This document shows positions 59,680 through 64,000 of a stretch of DNA of 64,000 bases, piece after piece. Numbering within the stretch: position 1 is the first letter of the stretch; each line of letters begins with the position of its first letter. The DNA comes from Chitinophagaceae bacterium (GTDB lineage: Bacteria > Bacteroidota > Bacteroidia > Chitinophagales > Chitinophagaceae), in the NCBI GenBank assembly GCA_947447485.1, contig CANFJP010000001.1, positions 1,145 through 65,144 of the forward strand, written 5' to 3'. Both the position numbers and the translations under genes were made by a program. The notes under the pieces were generated by a model. The model had not been told where the DNA came from, ran no database searches, and worked only from the letters and a program-made list of their open reading frames with translations.

Positions 59680-60399
59680 TTAATAGCGTTTTTTGAAATT
59701 TCGGTTATTGTTTCTGCTGTCTCTTCCGCCACCACCACCACGGTTGTTTCTGTTGTCTCTTCCACCACCACCATCTCTGCTTCCAAAGTTTTGTCTGTAT
59801 TGACCGCGGCCACCATAATCGTCTCTTTCAGGACGGTTGTCGGTTCTGTGTTTTACAAAAGGCTTATTATTAAATTCTAGCTCTCCGTTGGTAATACTAT
59901 TTAGTTCAGTTTGAATGTTGTCATCATGTACCAATTCCTTATGCCAGTTACTATAAGTCAATTTCATGTAATAGGCAATCGCATTTGCAAAGCCTTGTTT
60001 CTTTTCAGGATTTTCTTCTTTTAGTGCTTTGTCAATTACAATTTCAATATTTTTCCCTAGATGATTGAACTTTGGATATCTTTTAGGGTATCTTAATCTT
60101 TCGGGTTTTGCTTTTAATGTTTCTCTGGTAGGAATTGGGTAGGGGCTATCAACATCCAATGTAAAATCACTAATCAAAAAAAGGTGATCCCATAGTTTAT
60201 GACGAAAATCTTCCACATTTTTAAGATGCGGATTTAAAAATCCCATTAATTCGATAACGGCATACGCATTGCGCTGTCTTTCTTCTCGATCGGTTATTTG
60301 CAATAAGTATTCTACCATTTTTTGAATATGACGGCCGTATTCCTTCATAATCAAATGATTTCTGGTAGTATTATACTCCATATTTTCAACATTCAGCAT
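59680..60399 (-). CDS. DUF4290 family protein with Arg/Gly/Asn-rich tail
   Basis: MEYNTTR...EYGRHIQKMV...KLWDHLF; start may be ATG 60381. Confidence 0.88.
   Translation of the reverse strand: MLNVENMEYNTTRNHLIMKEYGRHIQKMVEYLLQITDREERQRNAYAVIELMGFLNPHLKNVEDFRHKLWDHLFLISDFTLDVDSPYPIPTRETLKAKPERLRYPKRYPKFNHLGKNIEIVIDKALKEENPEKKQGFANAIAYYMKLTYSNWHKELVHDDNIQTELNSITNGELEFNNKPFVKHRTDNRPERDDYGGRGQYRQNFGSRDGGGGRDNRNNRGGGGGRDSRNNNRNFKKRY
59708..59772. repeat. Two copies of a 29-nt unit, 36-nt period
   Basis: 59708-59736 vs 59744-59772 differ at 2 positions; encode GGG(G)RD(N/S)RNN. Confidence 0.9.
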
Positions 60400-60435
60400 A
60401 TCTCAAAGTTAAGTAGATAATGGCTTTTAACCAAC

Positions 60436-60852
60436 CTATCCTTTAAATAAATAGCGCTTTTTACACCAGAAAAGAGCCAGAAATGCCCCCGAACCATCTG
60501 CTGCCCAGTCCAATAGATCAAAACTGCGCCCAGGAATGTATAATTGAATACATTCTGTTACAAGCCCCCAACAGACGGTTAAAATGAATACTGTAAGAAA
60601 GTAGTCGTTTTTTGTTCTTGGCACAACCTCTTTGATATGAAAAGGGTACATAAAAAGAAAAGCCAGGATTCCAAACATGCCTATGTGAATCCATTTGTCA
60701 AGATATATGTAGGCCAACCATCCTTCTACTTCTGGAAGATCTTTTTTGGGTAAACAAATCATGATGAGTACCACAAAAAACCAGGCAATGCCTGGTATAA
60801 ATTTTATTAATGATATTTTACTTGCTGTGCTTTTCATTGAAAGATTTTCCAA
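60436..60852 (-). CDS. VanZ family membrane protein
   Basis: DKWIHIGMF, TECIQLYIPGRSFDLLDWAAD. Confidence 0.9.
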   Translation of the reverse strand: MENLSMKSTASKISLIKFIPGIAWFFVVLIMICLPKKDLPEVEGWLAYIYLDKWIHIGMFGILAFLFMYPFHIKEVVPRTKNDYFLTVFILTVCWGLVTECIQLYIPGRSFDLLDWAADGSGAFLALFWCKKRYLFKG

Positions 60853-60861
60853 TAAAGACTA

Positions 60862-61239
60862 TTATCCTACCAATGCAGTATAGGCTTCAGCGTTCATCAA
60901 TGCTGCTACGTCCTCCACGTTGGTAACGGTCATTTTAATCATCCATCCTTTATCGTAAGGATCACTGTTGACCAATTCAGGGTTTGCTTCCAGAGCAGGA
61001 TTAATTTCTGTAATTGTTCCGGCAATGGGAGTAAAAAGGTCACTTACGGTTTTTACTGCTTCTACAGTTCCAAAAATTTCTTCTGCATTCAAAGACTTTC
61101 CCTTGCTATTAATATCAATAAAAACAATGTCTCCCAATTCATGTTGTGCAAAGTCTGTAATTCCAACAGTAGCAACATTGCCTTCTAATAGAATCCATTC
61201 ATGATCTTTGGTGTATTTTAAATTAGCAGGATAATTCAT
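60862..61239 (-). CDS. gcvH: Glycine cleavage system H protein
   Basis: YTKDHEW, GITDFAQ, lipoyl-Lys [18 protein letters not shown]. Confidence 0.97.
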   Translation of the reverse strand: MNYPANLKYTKDHEWILLEGNVATVGITDFAQHELGDIVFIDINSKGKSLNAEEIFGTVEAVKTVSDLFTPIAGTITEINPALEANPELVNSDPYDKGWMIKMTVTNVEDVAALMNAEAYTALVG

Positions 61240-61309
61240 TGTGTAATATTTTATAATGTTTTAAAAGTGGTTGCAATTTAGTTTAAAAAATATTTAGAAG
61301 GGAAGATAT

Positions 61310-61972
61310 TTACTCAATGATCTCCATCTTCATATGAATATCATGCACTGGTCTGTTGTAAGAATTTGCTGCTGCACTTGCGATTTGGTCTATTGTTTCC
61401 ATTCCGCTGATTACTTCTCCAAAAACAGTATAATCCATATCTAAGAAAGGAGTACCTCCGATGGTTTTATACAATTTTCTTTGCTCAGCTGTGTATTTAA
61501 TTCTTTTCTGTTGTTCCAGCATATTTAACTCCTCTTCCGAATATATTTTTCCTTGAACAATGTAAAACTGACACGCGCTGCTTGCTTTTTGAGGATTTCC
61601 GTCTCTTGCTGCACATAGCGCTCCTTTTTTGTGAATGATGTTTTTATTGAACTCTGCAGGTATCCGTGGCATGTCGCTGCCTCCCATTCCCAACATAGCA
61701 CCGGACGTAGCATTTTTACTCATTGGATCACCTCCTTGAATCATAAACTCAGGAATAACTCTGTGAAATAACAAACTATCATAAAAACCTTGTTGAACTA
61801 ACTTAATAAAATTATCTCTGTGCAACGGAGTAGAATCGTAAAGGGCTATTATCATGTTGCCGTAATCTGTTGTGATTTTTATTTTCACAGATGTTTTACC
61901 GATTTGAGAAAACCCACTTAATGTGCAGCTGCTTACAATGATGGCTACAATTAAAAAACGAAGCATTTTCAT
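61310..61972 (-). CDS. Cyclophilin-type peptidyl-prolyl isomerase, secreted
   Basis: FHRVIPEFMIQGGDP, QFYIVQG, PFLDMDYTVFGEV. Confidence 0.93.
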   Translation of the reverse strand: MKMLRFLIVAIIVSSCTLSGFSQIGKTSVKIKITTDYGNMIIALYDSTPLHRDNFIKLVQQGFYDSLLFHRVIPEFMIQGGDPMSKNATSGAMLGMGGSDMPRIPAEFNKNIIHKKGALCAARDGNPQKASSACQFYIVQGKIYSEEELNMLEQQKRIKYTAEQRKLYKTIGGTPFLDMDYTVFGEVISGMETIDQIASAAANSYNRPVHDIHMKMEIIE

Positions 61973-61988
61973 TGGTATTATTTTTTAT

Positions 61989-62339
61989 TTAAATAAATTC
62001 TTGAGATTGAAAATATAGCAAAACATGATCTTTAAGAAAATTTTCTTGCTCAAATAAATCGAAGGTTGGCAAGGCTTTTAGCTGAGTAAAGTGTGGCCAT
62101 CCCTCCTCATCATTTCCTGCATTGGCATAGTATCCACTAGGCGATAAAATAGTGCAAATGGCTATATGCATAAGGTCTTGCTTTTGTTCTTTGCTAAATT
62201 CTTGAGGCCCCTGACCCAATTCCTGTACCCCAATAATCAACAATATTCCATTCATATCTGGCTTAATACCAAATGTCTCTTTGAGCTTTATGCGTAATTT
62301 CAGCCATCTTACCTGCAAATCTTCTTCTGTGTGTTGCAT
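61989..62339 (-). CDS. Conserved Bacteroidota hypothetical protein
   Basis: ATG 62339, 6 nt after TACATTTG (62346-62353); LLIIGVQELGQG...KQDLMHIAIC...GWPHF. Confidence 0.75.
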   Translation of the reverse strand: MQHTEEDLQVRWLKLRIKLKETFGIKPDMNGILLIIGVQELGQGPQEFSKEQKQDLMHIAICTILSPSGYYANAGNDEEGWPHFTQLKALPTFDLFEQENFLKDHVLLYFQSQEFI

Positions 62340-62417
62340 ATAAGGCAAATGTAGGTAATAAGCAATTCCCGATTATCTTTGCTTTGTTGATAATCTCTTA
62401 AAATTATAAAAAGATAG

Positions 62418-63689
62418 ATGTTACAAGTAAATTTTATACGCCAAAATACAGTGCTGACTAAAGAAAGGCTTGCCGTTCGGAATTTTGCTAATATTGGCTT
62501 GGTAGACACCATTCTTGAAATTGATGACGAATTGAGGAAAGTAAAGGGCATTACAGAGAATCTGCAAGCGTCTATTAATAATGCCTCTAAGGAAATAGGG
62601 ATGCTGATGGCGAAAGGAGAAAAAGAAACGGCTGAAATTAAAAAACAAGAAGTAACAACCCTTAAAAATGAACTAGCAGAAAAAACAGCTGCTTTAATTG
62701 AATTAGAAACTTCTTTCACTAAGAACATCTTATTATTACCTAATCTTCCTCATGCCAGTGTGCCAAAAGGAAAGTCGGCAGAAGAAAATGAAGTAATAAG
62801 AGCCGGTGGTAATATGCCCACGTTGATTTCCTCCGCAAAGCCACATTGGGATCTTATTAAACAATACAATCTGATTGATTTTGAAACAGGCGCGAAGCTT
62901 GCTGGAAGCGGATTTCCTCTGTATAAAGGAAAGGGAGCAAAGCTGCAACGATCATTAATACAATTTTTTCTAGATTATAATACCGCAGCAGGCTATACAG
63001 AATACATGCCTCCATTAATGGTAAATGAAGCTACTGCTTACGGTACCGGACAGCTGCCAGATAAAGAAGGGCAAATGTATCATATCACTGCAGACGGATT
63101 GTACCTAATTCCCACTGCAGAAGTTCCTGTGACAAATGTTTTCAGCAATGAAATTATTAAAGAAGCAGATCTTCCAGTGAAGATGACGGCTTACACCCCT
63201 TGCTTCAGACGAGAGGCTGGTAGCTTTGGGAGTGATGTAAGAGGATTAAATAGAGTGCATCAATTTGATAAAGTGGAAATCATTCAGTTGGTACACCCGC
63301 AAAATAGCTATCAAGTATTAGAAGAGATGGTATTGCATGTAGAAAAGTTGTTACAGTTACTTGAATTACCCTACCGAATATTGCGTTTGTGCGGGGGAGA
63401 TATGGGATTTACTTCTGCATTAACCTACGACTTTGAAGTATATAGTGCAGCGCAACAAAAATGGCTTGAAGTGAGCTCTGTGAGCAACTTTGAAACATTT
63501 CAAACCAATAGAATGAAGATTCGCCACAAAGATGAAAATGGCAAAACTCAATTGCTTCATTCACTGAATGGCTCCTCATTGGCATTGCCAAGAATCGTAG
63601 CTGCTTTGTTGGAAAACAATCAAACTGAAACCGGAATAAATTTACCCCAAGCACTCCACCAATACGTTGGGCTCACGACTATAAATTAA
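62418..63689 (+). CDS. serS: Seryl-tRNA synthetase
   Basis: N-terminal coiled coil; LIPTAEVP, FRREAG, GLNRVHQFDKVE, LNGSSLALPR; TATCTTTG at 62374-62381. Confidence 0.98.
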   Translation: MLQVNFIRQNTVLTKERLAVRNFANIGLVDTILEIDDELRKVKGITENLQASINNASKEIGMLMAKGEKETAEIKKQEVTTLKNELAEKTAALIELETSFTKNILLLPNLPHASVPKGKSAEENEVIRAGGNMPTLISSAKPHWDLIKQYNLIDFETGAKLAGSGFPLYKGKGAKLQRSLIQFFLDYNTAAGYTEYMPPLMVNEATAYGTGQLPDKEGQMYHITADGLYLIPTAEVPVTNVFSNEIIKEADLPVKMTAYTPCFRREAGSFGSDVRGLNRVHQFDKVEIIQLVHPQNSYQVLEEMVLHVEKLLQLLELPYRILRLCGGDMGFTSALTYDFEVYSAAQQKWLEVSSVSNFETFQTNRMKIRHKDENGKTQLLHSLNGSSLALPRIVAALLENNQTETGINLPQALHQYVGLTTIN

Positions 63690-63719
63690 TTATTTTTTTA
63701 TTTATTAATATTTCCAAAA

Positions 63720-64000
63720 ATGAAAATATTTTCTTCCGTTGTATTCCTTTGTTTACTAGTAATATGCATTGCATCATGTGCTAAAAAAACAACTCCAACA
63801 GCAACTGTAATTGCTGCTCAGCCCAAAGCTTCCCTTGTTATTAATATTGAAGAAGGTCAAAGAATTTATCAGGCAAGCTGTGGTCGCTGTCACCGTTTAC
63901 CAAGTCCAGCTGAATTCACGCAACGTCAATGGACACCCATTATGGATAGAATGTGCAGAAAAGCCCGATTTACAGAAAATCAAAAAGCAAATGCATTGGC
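63720..64000 (+). CDS. Small c-type cytochrome lipoprotein (partial, runs off window)
   Basis: Hand translation MKIFSSVVFLCLLVICIASC-AKK...EGQRIYQASCGRCHRLPSPAEF...WTPIMDRM; lipobox and CxxCH. Confidence 0.8.
   Translation, partial: MKIFSSVVFLCLLVICIASCAKKTTPTATVIAAQPKASLVINIEEGQRIYQASCGRCHRLPSPAEFTQRQWTPIMDRMCRKARFTENQKANAL

Noticed and set aside
2488-63654. Many 60-150 aa ORFs antisense to or overlapping well-supported genes (e.g. 3936-4379, 10030-10530, 26630-27022, 54360-54794, 62309-62728)
   Set aside because: Shadow ORFs of conserved genes with no motifs or independent start signals
1-64000. Mobile elements, prophage, defence systems, tRNA/rRNA
   Set aside because: No integrase, transposase, phage or defence motifs in any ORF; no tRNA T-loop or rRNA-like GC-rich tract seen; a tRNAscan-SE/Infernal run would confirm

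Overview
AT-rich, almost fully coding core-chromosome window from a Bacteroidota bacterium, most likely Chitinophagaceae. This rests on TAnnTTTG -7 promoter elements, gldC/gldH and a porG-like-uppS-bamA-skp-skp-murI block. About 60 CDSs cover DNA repair and replication (uvrB, polA), translation (typA, pheS, serS, rpmH, rnpA, dusB, tadA), envelope and lipids (murA, murI, uppS, bamA, lpxD-like, cdsA, psd), sigma-54, peptidases, redox and metal genes, and a two-component pair. I saw no tRNA, rRNA, CRISPR array, integrase, transposase, prophage or defence genes by eye. Four ORFs absent from the supplied track were read by hand: partial typA, rpmH, a 52-aa secreted Cys/Lys-rich peptide and a partial c-type cytochrome lipoprotein. 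The best leads are small: (1) the Cys/Lys micro-protein, which has its own terminator; (2) an orphan promoter-hairpin-terminator unit in the 600-bp lpxD/yicC gap (candidate sRNA); (3) a six-repeat beta-flower-like secreted protein; (4) a Fur/Zur-SCO-MerC module with a palindrome in the merC promoter; (5) a structured leader upstream of rpmH. I cannot support a large novel multi-gene system here. All family names come from motif recognition, not database searches.
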